From positions 31-64,030 of IMG/VR virus record IMGVR_UViG_3300029822_000007: a stretch of DNA of 64,000 nucleotides. One strand, written 5' to 3'. The notes below the pieces were generated by a model. The model was not told the origin of the DNA and ran no database searches. It saw only the letters and a list, made by a program, of their open reading frames with translations. Origin of the DNA: a virus. Every line of letters begins with the position of its first letter. Positions within the stretch are counted from its first letter, which is position 1. The position numbers and the translations under genes are program-made. This document shows positions 38,694-48,577 of this stretch, in pieces.

Positions 38694-39306
38694 GTTTTAA
38701 CATCCCCTCTGTGTAGCCGTCCTTTTTTAAATCATCTAAATAATGCAGTGCCGCATAAATAAATAGTGGCATCTTACCATATATAAATTTACTATTATCT
38801 ACTTTTAAATTATTACAAATACGTTCGGCTTCATTATATCCAAATATTGTATCTAAACTTTTTCTAAATGTTATATATGCAGGTTGCCCCTCGTTGCTAT
38901 CCGGTTTTCTATGACAATTCATAGTTAAATATCGTTTTCTAACGATTAGAGTATCATTTCTATTTAAAGTAAATGGGCTAAATATACAGCCTAATGGTTT
39001 TAACCCCTGTGTATGCAATGCACAAAAACCATTACTTAATTTATGCGGACACTTTTTAGTTTTTGGGTCTGCTACAATCCTACCATTTGAAACAACAACG
39101 CCAGACATGCACTTTTCACGTTCCACCTCAAAGGGCAACAAGGTTATTAAAGTTTTATGGTTGCCACCCTCACAACATCTACCATTACATTTATTTAATA
39201 TATAATGTTCACTACACATAAATTTATGACGCATCCATGCTGTACTAATTTTAACATATTTATAATCTACAACATTATTAAATAAATCTACTATCATAAC
39301 TTTCAT
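38683..39306 (-). CDS. YkgJ-like cysteine-cluster (Zn/Fe-S) protein
   Basis: CNGRCC...CPHKLSNGFCALH...KPLGCIFSPF. Confidence 0.6.
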   Translation of the reverse strand: MKVMIVDLFNNVVDYKYVKISTAWMRHKFMCSEHYILNKCNGRCCEGGNHKTLITLLPFEVEREKCMSGVVVSNGRIVADPKTKKCPHKLSNGFCALHTQGLKPLGCIFSPFTLNRNDTLIVRKRYLTMNCHRKPDSNEGQPAYITFRKSLDTIFGYNEAERICNNLKVDNSKFIYGKMPLFIYAALHYLDDLKKDGYTEGMLKHEK

Positions 39307-39318
39307 CCTCCTATACTT

Positions 39319-39350
39319 ATTATATCAAGTTTTTTACTAAAAATTAAAGT
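39319..39350 (-). promoter_or_regulatory. Class-2 promoter motif
   Basis: ACTTTAAT-N15-TGATATAAT. Confidence 0.75.
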
Positions 39351-41650
39351 TATTCTATATTTAAAGATTCACCATACCAACATTTGGTAATATCTACATC
39401 AACGCTCATTGGCACAACTAATTTAACTGCATTTAACATGCACTCTTCTAATATAGGCTTTACTTCTTTTACAGCTTCAAGGGGGCATTGTCCTATAATT
39501 TCATCATGCACTTGTATTAACATGCAATACCCTAACTCCTTTAATCTTTTATTATTATGCAGTGCAATCATAGCTTTTTTAGTCATATCTGCCGCACTAC
39601 CTTGTATTCGTGAATTTACACATTGCCTTTCAGCTTGTGCAATATAACCAGTATTATTTTTAATTGTAATTCCTTCTGTTCTAGCTTTGTATAAAATCAT
39701 TTTTCGTCTCTTTTTATCAAACCTTGCTTTATTCAACATTGCTGTATAGCTTAATTGTATATATTCAGGCACTTCATCACTTTCAACGTCATCAGCAGTA
39801 TCAAAAAATGGGTTAAAACTATCTGATGTACTCTTATCTATATATTTAAATTCGTATGGCGGTAAATTTATATCCGGCAATCTTCTTCGTCTACCACTAA
39901 AAGTTGTTACATATCCTAATTCGTGTGCCATGCGTATAGAATCTTCAGTAAATTGTTTAACCTTTGGAAACAGTGTAAAAAACTCATCTATAATAGATTG
40001 TGCTTCCTTTTTGGTTAGCTTTAATTTTTCTGCTATACTATTAACACCCCTACCATAAATAATACCTAAAACTACACCTTTCAAATTAGCCCTTCTTTGC
40101 TTACCTACAGCATTTGTAGTGCCATCGGGGTTAAATTCCAAACATTCTTCATAAGGTACTTTATACACATAGCTAGCTATAGTTGCATAAATATCTCTGC
40201 CCTTTTTATAAGCTTCAATCATCTTTTCATCGCCGCTCATATGAGCTAAACTTCTTGGCTCCTGCTGGCTATAATCGCCACCAATTAGCACATTGCCATC
40301 ATCAGGTATAAACATTTTACGTATATCTTTATTATGCGAAGGTATATTCTGTAAGTTTGGATTATCTGAACTAAATCTTCCAGTTACTGTGCCATACTGG
40401 TTAAAATTACAGTGTATTTTATTGGTTCTCTTACTTAAAACAGTTGGCAATTTATCAACATAGGTACCTAGTAATTTATCAATTTCTCTATATTCTAATA
40501 TTAGCTTTGCAACTGGTACTTCAAATTTATCTAAAATATCAGCACCTGTTCCTCTTGGCTTATCTTTATCAGGTGATTTTAATCCTAACACATCATAAAA
40601 GAAAATTCCCAGTTGTTTTGGGCTACTAATATTAATTGGATTGCTTAGCCTACTAGATAAATCCGGGTGCTTCTTTTTAAATGCTTCTAATTCAGTGCTA
40701 TATTTATCAAATTCTATTTTTAGTTTATTCTCTACATCTTCTTTTCTTTTATGATACTTTTCACTTAATTTTTTATTCAAATCCATATCAATATTTATAC
40801 CCTTTATTTCCATATCTAAAACTGCTGGCACTGTCGGCATCTCAATGTCAACCATTACTCTATAAACATCATCAAGGTGGCGTTTTATCATGGTTGGGTC
40901 AGTATCATTTAAATACTTACGTTGAAACTCGCCTAACTCATATGACATTTTTGGGTCTTTTCCTGCATACAAATAAGCAATATCCAGTGGTATCTTTGTA
41001 AATGGCACACCCCTAAACAGTGTTCCAAATGTTGCTAATTGTTTACTATTTGCATCTTCTTCTTTTTTAACATACTTCTCATATAAATATTTTAAACCAT
41101 GCGGTTCATTTTCATTCAATAAATTAGCCGCTAGCTGTGTATCCCAATATGCCTTTATATTATCTATACCCATTTGCCAATACAAAACTTGCAAATCAAA
41201 GTGTGCATTACTAAAATCAAGTTTAACATTTTCCAACTGAGTTATATATTTTTTTACAATATCCAATGGCAACTGGTCTTTTAATTTTGCACCTGTCATA
41301 TAGCTTACGTGGTTCAATGGCACATATATTCCTTTTTCACCCGGCGTATATAAATTAACACCAGCTATCTTATCATCTACACAATTTAAACCAGTTGTTT
41401 CAGTGTCTAGCCCACCACAACCATTATCTATAAAATGTTTAACATAAGTTGCTAATTCTTCTTCACTTGTAATACATGCTAAATCATCTATGCCACCACC
41501 CAGTTTTTCATTTACTGCTTTTCTAATTAATTCAATGGTAGTAACCAAACTGTTACCGCCTTTCACTGGTACATTAACTTTACGTTTTTTAGCACGCTTA
41601 ATTGCACTACCTGCATCTATACCTTTTCTATTAAAATTAAATAATGCCAT
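39350..41650 (-). CDS. polA: Family A DNA polymerase (3'-5' exonuclease + polymerase, no 5' nuclease)
   Basis: LDTETTG, TGRFSSDNPNLQN, DYSQQEPR, KGVVLGIIYG, QVHDE. Confidence 0.95.
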   Translation of the reverse strand: MALFNFNRKGIDAGSAIKRAKKRKVNVPVKGGNSLVTTIELIRKAVNEKLGGGIDDLACITSEEELATYVKHFIDNGCGGLDTETTGLNCVDDKIAGVNLYTPGEKGIYVPLNHVSYMTGAKLKDQLPLDIVKKYITQLENVKLDFSNAHFDLQVLYWQMGIDNIKAYWDTQLAANLLNENEPHGLKYLYEKYVKKEEDANSKQLATFGTLFRGVPFTKIPLDIAYLYAGKDPKMSYELGEFQRKYLNDTDPTMIKRHLDDVYRVMVDIEMPTVPAVLDMEIKGINIDMDLNKKLSEKYHKRKEDVENKLKIEFDKYSTELEAFKKKHPDLSSRLSNPINISSPKQLGIFFYDVLGLKSPDKDKPRGTGADILDKFEVPVAKLILEYREIDKLLGTYVDKLPTVLSKRTNKIHCNFNQYGTVTGRFSSDNPNLQNIPSHNKDIRKMFIPDDGNVLIGGDYSQQEPRSLAHMSGDEKMIEAYKKGRDIYATIASYVYKVPYEECLEFNPDGTTNAVGKQRRANLKGVVLGIIYGRGVNSIAEKLKLTKKEAQSIIDEFFTLFPKVKQFTEDSIRMAHELGYVTTFSGRRRRLPDINLPPYEFKYIDKSTSDSFNPFFDTADDVESDEVPEYIQLSYTAMLNKARFDKKRRKMILYKARTEGITIKNNTGYIAQAERQCVNSRIQGSAADMTKKAMIALHNNKRLKELGYCMLIQVHDEIIGQCPLEAVKEVKPILEECMLNAVKLVVPMSVDVDITKCWYGESLNIE

Positions 41651-41668
41651 ATTTATCCCTCCTAAAAA

Positions 41669-41706
41669 TATAGGTGATACAACTAAGTATCACCTATAAT
41701 AAAAAA
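41669..41706 (-). terminator. Terminator hairpin between ssb and polA
   Basis: TATAGGTGATAC-6-GTATCACCTATA. Confidence 0.65.
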
Positions 41707-41713
41707 ATTTAAG

Positions 41714-42334
41714 CTAAAATACATCTGCACCAGTGCCTCTATTTGCACGTCTGCCACGTGGTCTAGGTACTACTTCAGCATCTTCTGCCGCCTGCAAACC
41801 TATTAATTTAGTCATAGCTTGTGCATCTAATGCTTGTACAAAATTATCCTCAACTGCATCTTCTATAGTTTGCAAATCTGGAAAATCATTTATGGTTACT
41901 TTTTTATCTTCTTCAGTTTGGTCTAGTGGATAAAAAGCATAATCTGTATTTGTATCTTTAGGCTTACCATGACGCTCTATTTCAAATTCCCTATTAATTA
42001 AGTTGCCATATTTATTTTTAAGCCCATTTATTTTTGGTATAAAACGTCTGCCACGTTCCCAAACATATATTTTATCATCATCAGGTACATATAAAAATAT
42101 TAATACTCGTGGTTTTGGTTTACTGCCTGCAAGGCACCCCGGGCAATCCTGTGTCCTCAAACATTGTACATATTTTTTCTTTCCATTAACATTTAATTCA
42201 TGTACTATATATGCACCAACATCAAGTATCCTTGCAACTACTGAATCACCATCATTTTTTAATTGAAAATAATCAAATCCACCTTCGCTATAATCATTAT
42301 ATGCAGTATCTAAATCAACACGTCCTGCTCCCAT
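41714..42334 (-). CDS. Single-stranded DNA-binding protein (gp32-like OB fold with CxxC)
   Basis: YFQLKNDGD...VHE...CPGC...VWERG...FEIERHG...TDY pattern. Confidence 0.75.
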   Translation of the reverse strand: MGAGRVDLDTAYNDYSEGGFDYFQLKNDGDSVVARILDVGAYIVHELNVNGKKKYVQCLRTQDCPGCLAGSKPKPRVLIFLYVPDDDKIYVWERGRRFIPKINGLKNKYGNLINREFEIERHGKPKDTNTDYAFYPLDQTEEDKKVTINDFPDLQTIEDAVEDNFVQALDAQAMTKLIGLQAAEDAEVVPRPRGRRANRGTGADVF

Positions 42335-42377
42335 AATATTAACCTCCTAAAATTTTAATTTATTTTGTTTTACATTT

Positions 42378-42409
42378 ATTATATCATCTTTGTAGCTAAA
42401 AATTAAAGT
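42378..42409 (-). promoter_or_regulatory. Class-2 promoter motif
   Basis: ACTTTAAT-N15-TGATATAAT. Confidence 0.75.
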
Positions 42410-42414
42410 GCTTT

Positions 42415-42864
42415 CTAATTAAATTTTATAATATATTGGTTTGCAGTTGCCAACTTAACATCATATAGTTTTAAATAATCAGTTTTGGCATCTTGCTTAT
42501 ACTCGCCAAATTTAACATAGCAATGTTTACAAATATCTTTAAATTTATCCATAAACTCATCTACTGTTAAATGTGTATATATCATAACTTCCAATCCCTG
42601 TTTTTGTGCTTCCCAGTATAATGCACGTAAATCATCAGGTTGTTCTGTCCACTCCAATCCAGCTAAAATAATACCTTTGTTAAATATATCTGCTTTAACA
42701 TGCTTAATAATCTGTTCAGCTGTTTCATCTTGTATAACTGTATCAGTTTTTAAATGCTGGTTGCAACACCCATAGCAATCATGATGACAATTATTAGCAA
42801 CTATTAAAGCACCTATAAACGGAGCATCTTCTGACCGTTCATTTATATATCCTCTGTATAGCAT
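42415..42864 (-). CDS. nrdG: Anaerobic RNR activase (radical SAM)
   Basis: CHHDCYGC; LATANQ C-terminus; follows nrdD. Confidence 0.85.
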   Translation of the reverse strand: MLYRGYINERSEDAPFIGALIVANNCHHDCYGCCNQHLKTDTVIQDETAEQIIKHVKADIFNKGIILAGLEWTEQPDDLRALYWEAQKQGLEVMIYTHLTVDEFMDKFKDICKHCYVKFGEYKQDAKTDYLKLYDVKLATANQYIIKFN

Positions 42865-42879
42865 TTTTTGTCAACTCCT

Positions 42880-44640
42880 CTACTTTAATAATTGGTGTCT
42901 ATCCTTAAACTCTGCCGCCTTGCCAGCATTAAAATTATCAACTATTCTAATATAACCAGTGATTCGTTGAAAATAAGTCGTTTTAGTGCCGCATTTTGGA
43001 CAGTGTTCAACTGTTTCATCTAATACACCATGCTTAGGACAATAACAAACAAGTGGTGAAATGCTTACGTATGGCACCCTATAATTTTCACAAACAGTTT
43101 TTATTATACTCTTAGCTTGCTCCCCACTTATAGCTCCACCAGTATAAATGTGTACTACTGTTCCGCCTGTATATTTAACCTGTAGTCCATCTTGATGTTC
43201 GAATAATTGCTGTAAACTTTGCACCTTGGCAACTGGAATGTGGCAACTATTAGTATAGTAAACACTAGCACCCTCACCTTGAGTTTTTATATTATCGCCA
43301 AATCTTTCCTTATCCTTTAGTGCTAAACTGTGGCAGGTACTTTCAGCAGGTGATGCTTCTAAATTATATAAATGTCCAGTTTCCTCTTGAAATTCTATTA
43401 ACAAATCTGACATATAATCTAATAATTCTTCACACAATTTTTTATTATTCTCATCTAAAATATCTTTGCCATTAAAGTTTAAGCACATTTCATTCAAGCC
43501 AACGTGTCCAATTGTACTAAAATGGTTATCTAGTGTACCAACGTATGTGTCAAATGCTGGTATTAACCCAGTACCCAGTACATTTTTAGTTAACCATTCT
43601 CGTTTTAACTCTAAAGAATCTTTAGCTATTATCATATACTTTTTAATTAAATGCTTCAATTCTTTTTTATCTCCATAACTTAATAATCCCAATCTAGGCA
43701 AATTCAAAGTAATATTTCCAATACTACCTGTACTATCTCCACTGCCAAACAAGCCGCCATTTCTTTTTCTTAACTGCCTTAAATCTAAATTCATTCTACA
43801 ACACATACTTCGCACATCACTGGGGTCCATATCGCTATTCATAAAATTACTAAAATATGGGTAACCATACTTACCAGTCATTTTCCATAAATCTTCATTA
43901 TTTGGGTTGTCCCAATCAAACCCATTCATAATACTAAAAGTTGGAATTGGATATGCAAATGGTTTTCCCAGTGCATCACCATGCAACATTACTTCATAAA
44001 AAGCTTTATTCAACATATCAAGTTCCTTTTGATACTCACCATAAGTGTGTTCAGTTGGTACCCCACCGATTATTACTGGTTGCTCTTTTAAATCTTTTGG
44101 TACAAATATATCAAAACTTAAATTACTAAATGCAGGTTCAGCACCATTTCTACTATTACTATTTACACTATAAATATAGTTTTGTATACTTTGTTTAACC
44201 TGCCTGTAATTTAAATTATCAGCTCTAATAAATGGTGCCAATAAAGTATCAAAAGCACTAAATGCAACTGCACCCATAATCTCATTCTGAAATACAGTTA
44301 CTAAATTAGCCAGCTGATTTAAAATTGCATCAAAGTGCTTTGCTGGTGATGATGTGGGTATATTTGGTACACCCTTTACACCCATTAACAATATTTTCTG
44401 TAAACTATATCCACAGCAATATATTGTTAAGCCACCTAAATCATGAATGTGACCATAACCTTCTTCGTGAAATTTTCGTATTTCAGGCGTATAAACTTTA
44501 TTAAGCCAATACTCCTTTGAGCCAGCCTCTTGCAAATACTTATTTAATGCACCGAAGCTGTAGGGGGCATTTGAGTTATTTTTAACCCTCCATGTTCTTT
44601 TACTTAAATAATCATCTATTGTTTTTATTACATCTAACAT
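42880..44640 (-). CDS. nrdD: Class III anaerobic ribonucleoside-triphosphate reductase, without ATP cone
   Basis: HIHDL, SMCCR, EASPAES, YTGGT, CPKH/CPKC, RITGY glycyl-radical motif. Confidence 0.95.
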   Translation of the reverse strand: MLDVIKTIDDYLSKRTWRVKNNSNAPYSFGALNKYLQEAGSKEYWLNKVYTPEIRKFHEEGYGHIHDLGGLTIYCCGYSLQKILLMGVKGVPNIPTSSPAKHFDAILNQLANLVTVFQNEIMGAVAFSAFDTLLAPFIRADNLNYRQVKQSIQNYIYSVNSNSRNGAEPAFSNLSFDIFVPKDLKEQPVIIGGVPTEHTYGEYQKELDMLNKAFYEVMLHGDALGKPFAYPIPTFSIMNGFDWDNPNNEDLWKMTGKYGYPYFSNFMNSDMDPSDVRSMCCRMNLDLRQLRKRNGGLFGSGDSTGSIGNITLNLPRLGLLSYGDKKELKHLIKKYMIIAKDSLELKREWLTKNVLGTGLIPAFDTYVGTLDNHFSTIGHVGLNEMCLNFNGKDILDENNKKLCEELLDYMSDLLIEFQEETGHLYNLEASPAESTCHSLALKDKERFGDNIKTQGEGASVYYTNSCHIPVAKVQSLQQLFEHQDGLQVKYTGGTVVHIYTGGAISGEQAKSIIKTVCENYRVPYVSISPLVCYCPKHGVLDETVEHCPKCGTKTTYFQRITGYIRIVDNFNAGKAAEFKDRHQLLK

Positions 44641-44857
44641 CTTGTATCACTCCATCTAAAAATTTTTTATTAAAGCCATTGCATATTTTATCACCACATT
44701 TTACAACTGGCACTGTTAAAATATTCTGCTCAACTAATTCTTGCATAAATTTTTCAACTGTTACACTCTTTTCTAAATAATTAACCCCTTGTGCCTGCAA
44801 ATACATTTTTATGGCGGCACACTTTGGACAGTTTGGTGACGTATAAACTTCTATCAT
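44612..44857 (-). CDS. Glutaredoxin-like (NrdH) protein
   Basis: YTSPNCPKC...TVPVV...GF. Confidence 0.85.
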   Translation of the reverse strand: MIEVYTSPNCPKCAAIKMYLQAQGVNYLEKSVTVEKFMQELVEQNILTVPVVKCGDKICNGFNKKFLDGVIQDVRCNKNNR

Positions 44858-44917
44858 TTTTAAACCCCCTTAATAATAATTATTATTTGTATATTCTATT
44901 ATAATACTATATTGGTA

Positions 44918-45133
44918 TTATTTAAATAGTGCTTTCACATTTATTACTTCTACTTTTACAACGCATGGATTAACTTTCTGTTTAACTAAGTTTAAAAAGC
45001 ACTTATCACTTAAATTACTAGGTGATACCTTAGAGTAATTTTTACTCATGTTCATGTTACCTATACCATACCTGCCTTCAGAATCCCAAAAATAATAACT
45101 TACAAAATATCTGTATTTACTTAACCTTACCAT
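44918..45133 (-). CDS. Hypothetical protein
   Basis: ORF track. Confidence 0.55.
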   Translation of the reverse strand: MVRLSKYRYFVSYYFWDSEGRYGIGNMNMSKNYSKVSPSNLSDKCFLNLVKQKVNPCVVKVEVINVKALFK

Positions 45134-45134
45134 A

Positions 45135-45761
45135 TTACTTCCCCCTTCTGCTATAAACTACTGAAAGCTTTTTAGCAATTTTATTTTTTATATATTTAAC
45201 ACCTGCACTTGTAATACCTAACTCTCTTGCAATTTCTGTATTCTTTAAATCATGTGGCTCTTTTACTATCATGCGGCACACTGCCAATTCTTTATCAGTT
45301 AATCCAGCTTGTCCCAAAACCACGCCTAAATCAACATCATCTAAATTATGGTCTGGTGCCTCTTTATCATCTTTGCTTGCAACACATTCTTCATAACTAT
45401 ATTTAACATTGTCATAAGCTTGTACAGATTTTTTAGTTACATATCTACTATTTGCACTATTAAGTCCATTTACTAAATAAGTATATACATATGTTGTAAA
45501 TTTAATTTTTTTAGTTACATCATATGATTGTGTAGCTAATTCTAAATTGTATAATATACTGCTTAACTTGTCAGCATCTGCTAAATTGGTATAATTGCTT
45601 TTACCTGCAATACTTGTAATTAATTTTGTAAGGGTGTTTACAATAACACTAAAGCAAATAGGGCTTCCAGTAACCTTATATTCTTTTACCAAATCCTCTA
45701 TCTTTGCAGTGCTACCATTGTACATTGTTGCCATGTTTTTAAATTCTTCTAAATTCAACAT
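45135..45761 (-). CDS. Second sigma-factor-like transcription regulator (start corrected from 45779)
   Basis: YDVTKKIKFTTYVY (region 2-like); LTDKELAVC...NTEIARELGITSAGVKYIKNKIAKKL HTH. Confidence 0.7.
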   Translation of the reverse strand: MLNLEEFKNMATMYNGSTAKIEDLVKEYKVTGSPICFSVIVNTLTKLITSIAGKSNYTNLADADKLSSILYNLELATQSYDVTKKIKFTTYVYTYLVNGLNSANSRYVTKKSVQAYDNVKYSYEECVASKDDKEAPDHNLDDVDLGVVLGQAGLTDKELAVCRMIVKEPHDLKNTEIARELGITSAGVKYIKNKIAKKLSVVYSRRGK

Positions 45762-45794
45762 TTTTAATTTCCCCCTCATTTATTTGTTAATATT

Positions 45795-45823
45795 ATTATA
45801 TAACATTATTATATAACATTCAA
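45795..45823 (-). promoter_or_regulatory. Early promoter E5
   Basis: TTGAAT-17-TATAAT. Confidence 0.85.
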
Positions 45824-45827
45824 GAGG

Positions 45828-46841
45828 TTAAATTAAAATTGTTGATAATTTTTCAAAATCCTCATACGAAATATCATTTAAATCTAACTTTTTTCTATAC
45901 ATAATCTTAGGATATGCAACCTTTGATAGTATTTTACAATCCTTTAAGTTTTTATACAATCGTTCTGTACCACGCATACCAGCTTCATCCGGGTCTAGGG
46001 CTAATGTTAAATTTCGTATTGGCAATTCCCTTAATATTTTATACTGGTTAACTGCACCAGTGCCTAATAAAGCCATAGCAGGTTTTCCATGCGTCCAACA
46101 AGTTAAGCAATTAATTATACTTTCTGTAATTATTGCACTGCTTATTTTGCTAATATTTTGATAAATCTTATCTATTCCATAAATTGTTTTACTTTTAACT
46201 GTATCTTTTATAGCATTAAAAAATTTACTATTAACACTTCTTCTATATACAAATAAAATATTCCCATTTTTATCTGCAACTGGAAATGTTAGGCACCTAG
46301 TATTTTTATCATAGCCCACATCAAAATCATCTATAATCTCATCTGTTAATTTACGTTTATACATATAAGGGTGTATAAATCTATAAGTTTCAAGCTCCGC
46401 TTCTGTTATATATTTTATTTTAGGTTGTGGTGCCTGCACATCTTGTAATCTACTATTAAAACCAAAATCCATCTTTTTTCTAGTTTCAATATCTAAACTT
46501 ACAAAATTTTTCATTAACCACTTAAACCCAAAAGAGCCAAAATCATCTTTGCCAAAACAATCACTAATAAATATATCCAGTGGTGCAGTGTAGCCGCATG
46601 TAAAACAATGTACTGTGCCTGCCGGAAACACCTTATCACCACGCCTAACATCAACTTCACTTATACCACAGCTGGGTTTATGCTCGTGTCCATCTGCATG
46701 TTTTATACAAGTAAACTGTATATTGTTATTGGTTGGCTTTATATCATGTAATAAATCAATGCCATTTAATTGCAATTGATTTCTAAGTTCTGTAAATATA
46801 GCTTCTACATCTGCCAAAACTGGCACATCGTTAATAATCAT
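45828..46841 (-). CDS. dnaG: DNA primase (Zn finger + TOPRIM)
   Basis: CIKH...HCFTC, ITESIINCLT, LALDPDEAG. Confidence 0.9.
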   Translation of the reverse strand: MIINDVPVLADVEAIFTELRNQLQLNGIDLLHDIKPTNNNIQFTCIKHADGHEHKPSCGISEVDVRRGDKVFPAGTVHCFTCGYTAPLDIFISDCFGKDDFGSFGFKWLMKNFVSLDIETRKKMDFGFNSRLQDVQAPQPKIKYITEAELETYRFIHPYMYKRKLTDEIIDDFDVGYDKNTRCLTFPVADKNGNILFVYRRSVNSKFFNAIKDTVKSKTIYGIDKIYQNISKISSAIITESIINCLTCWTHGKPAMALLGTGAVNQYKILRELPIRNLTLALDPDEAGMRGTERLYKNLKDCKILSKVAYPKIMYRKKLDLNDISYEDFEKLSTILI

Positions 46842-46851
46842 TTAATCACTC

Positions 46852-46992
46852 CTAAAAAATCAATTGCAAAAATTTAATCCAACCATATGCAGATACTCCA
46901 ATACCCAACACTATAACAGATATAATAAATAATGTAACCATAATAGCTACCACTGCACCTATAAAAGTTTGTACCACATCTTTAATTTTCAT
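46852..46992 (-). CDS. Small hydrophobic membrane peptide (46 aa), not in the ORF track
   Basis: GGAGG RBS; MKIKDVVQTFIGAVVAIMVTLFIISVIVLG... Confidence 0.5.
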   Translation of the reverse strand: MKIKDVVQTFIGAVVAIMVTLFIISVIVLGIGVSAYGWIKFLQLIF

Positions 46993-47200
46993 TATTATAT
47001 CCTCCTATTTTATTATGAAATTGCTAGTGCCACATTAATACTAAACATAAAAAATTAAAAAATACCCACAATATATAAACTATACGTATTAAAAATTTAT
47101 CTCTCATTTTAATCGCACCCTTTATTTTATAGTAAATAATCCACCTATAAACATACCAATAATAAATGTTATAGCAAATAATACTATTAATATTAATACT

Positions 47201-48577
47201 TTAAAAAACTTCTGTGCCATTTTTAAATTCGTCCTCTCCTTGCTTATCTTGTATTTCCTGTTTAATATCTGTATTGTGTGGGGTGCCATTCAATGATTTA
47301 AAATCACCCTTATCAATATCCCAAAAGTACAATAAATCTTTATTATTTAAACCATACCTATTTTTCTTTACAGTCATTTTAAGCCCAGCGGCTACTTGCT
47401 TCATACTTATCACCCTACTACTATTTTGTCCAATTGCATCTGCTTCCTGTATTTCATCGGTATCTGGTGTATCTTCGTCCATTTCATCTTTCTTCTTTTT
47501 CTGCCTCCTTTTAGCTTGTGCATCTGCTAAAATAGGTTTTTTATACTTTTCACTTGTATTAAATAAATCTTCACTAATATGTGCTAGTTTAATTCGGTTT
47601 GGGTCACCTTTTTTCGCTCTATAATCTGCCATTAAACTGTACTGGTCAATACCAATAATATCAGGTTTATACTTATCTATAAGTGTATGCAGTGTAGGTA
47701 CATCTAAATGCTTATTTCCTAAATCCTTTGGGGTAACTATGATAAATGGCACATCTTGTTTAGCTAAATTTGTAAGCCAATTATTATACTCAATGCTACC
47801 ACCCTCACCTAATTTAGTATCACCAGTCATAAGCCCTAAATTACTAAAGTGCTTTGCCAGTGTATCAAACCTATATCCAATCATATTTACACCCATTTCA
47901 CCGCTATACAATAAAACACGCTTCTTCTGATTCCATGCCGCTACTAAAAAATATAATAGCAACCACGTTTTTCCTTCATTTGTTCTTCCCAGTATGGTTA
48001 TTAAATCTTCTCCATCAAGCCAGCCAAATGTTATTCGGTCTAAATCATCTAATCCACTGCTTATTCCTAGCATACCATGCTTCTCGCTTCTTGCATGGTA
48101 ATCATTCCACCTATCCAATGAGTTTTTAACTAAATCATAACCTGCATTATAGCCTTTATTCTTTAAATCATTCAATTCCTGTATTTTTGGTAGCATGTAT
48201 TCAATTGCTTTTGTACTATCAGTTGCAATTAATTCTGCCACTTTGTTTAAAACTGGTAACATACGCATATACAAATATTTTTCACTTAAAGTTTCAATTA
48301 AAAATTTATCACTTTCTGTAACATCAATATTTTCAAAATCTTCAAATGTGCTAACCATTGTTTCAATGTTCGGAACATTGCCATATTTTTGATAATGTTC
48401 TTGTATAAATGCAAATTCATCTTTATAAGTTACAAAATAATCTGCACTTATATCGTTCTGCACTAAAATATTTAAATTGCCCTGTTTAATAATTTTATTT
48501 AGTACCTGTAATTCTACCATTTCTTTCATGTGCATTAACCCTCCTGTCTTTACTGGTAAATGTAACAACCTCACCAT
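47201..48577 (-). CDS. dnaB: Replicative DnaB-family helicase
   Basis: LGRTNEGKT, IGIDQY, ADAQ, IQEADAIGQ, KNRYG. Confidence 0.9.
   Translation of the reverse strand: MVRLLHLPVKTGGLMHMKEMVELQVLNKIIKQGNLNILVQNDISADYFVTYKDEFAFIQEHYQKYGNVPNIETMVSTFEDFENIDVTESDKFLIETLSEKYLYMRMLPVLNKVAELIATDSTKAIEYMLPKIQELNDLKNKGYNAGYDLVKNSLDRWNDYHARSEKHGMLGISSGLDDLDRITFGWLDGEDLITILGRTNEGKTWLLLYFLVAAWNQKKRVLLYSGEMGVNMIGYRFDTLAKHFSNLGLMTGDTKLGEGGSIEYNNWLTNLAKQDVPFIIVTPKDLGNKHLDVPTLHTLIDKYKPDIIGIDQYSLMADYRAKKGDPNRIKLAHISEDLFNTSEKYKKPILADAQAKRRQKKKKDEMDEDTPDTDEIQEADAIGQNSSRVISMKQVAAGLKMTVKKNRYGLNNKDLLYFWDIDKGDFKSLNGTPHNTDIKQEIQDKQGEDEFKNGTEVF

Noticed and set aside
39645-39868. PolA and RecA insertions as inteins or introns
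   Set aside because: They are short and in frame, with no C/S...HN splice motifs and no LAGLIDADG or HNH domain.
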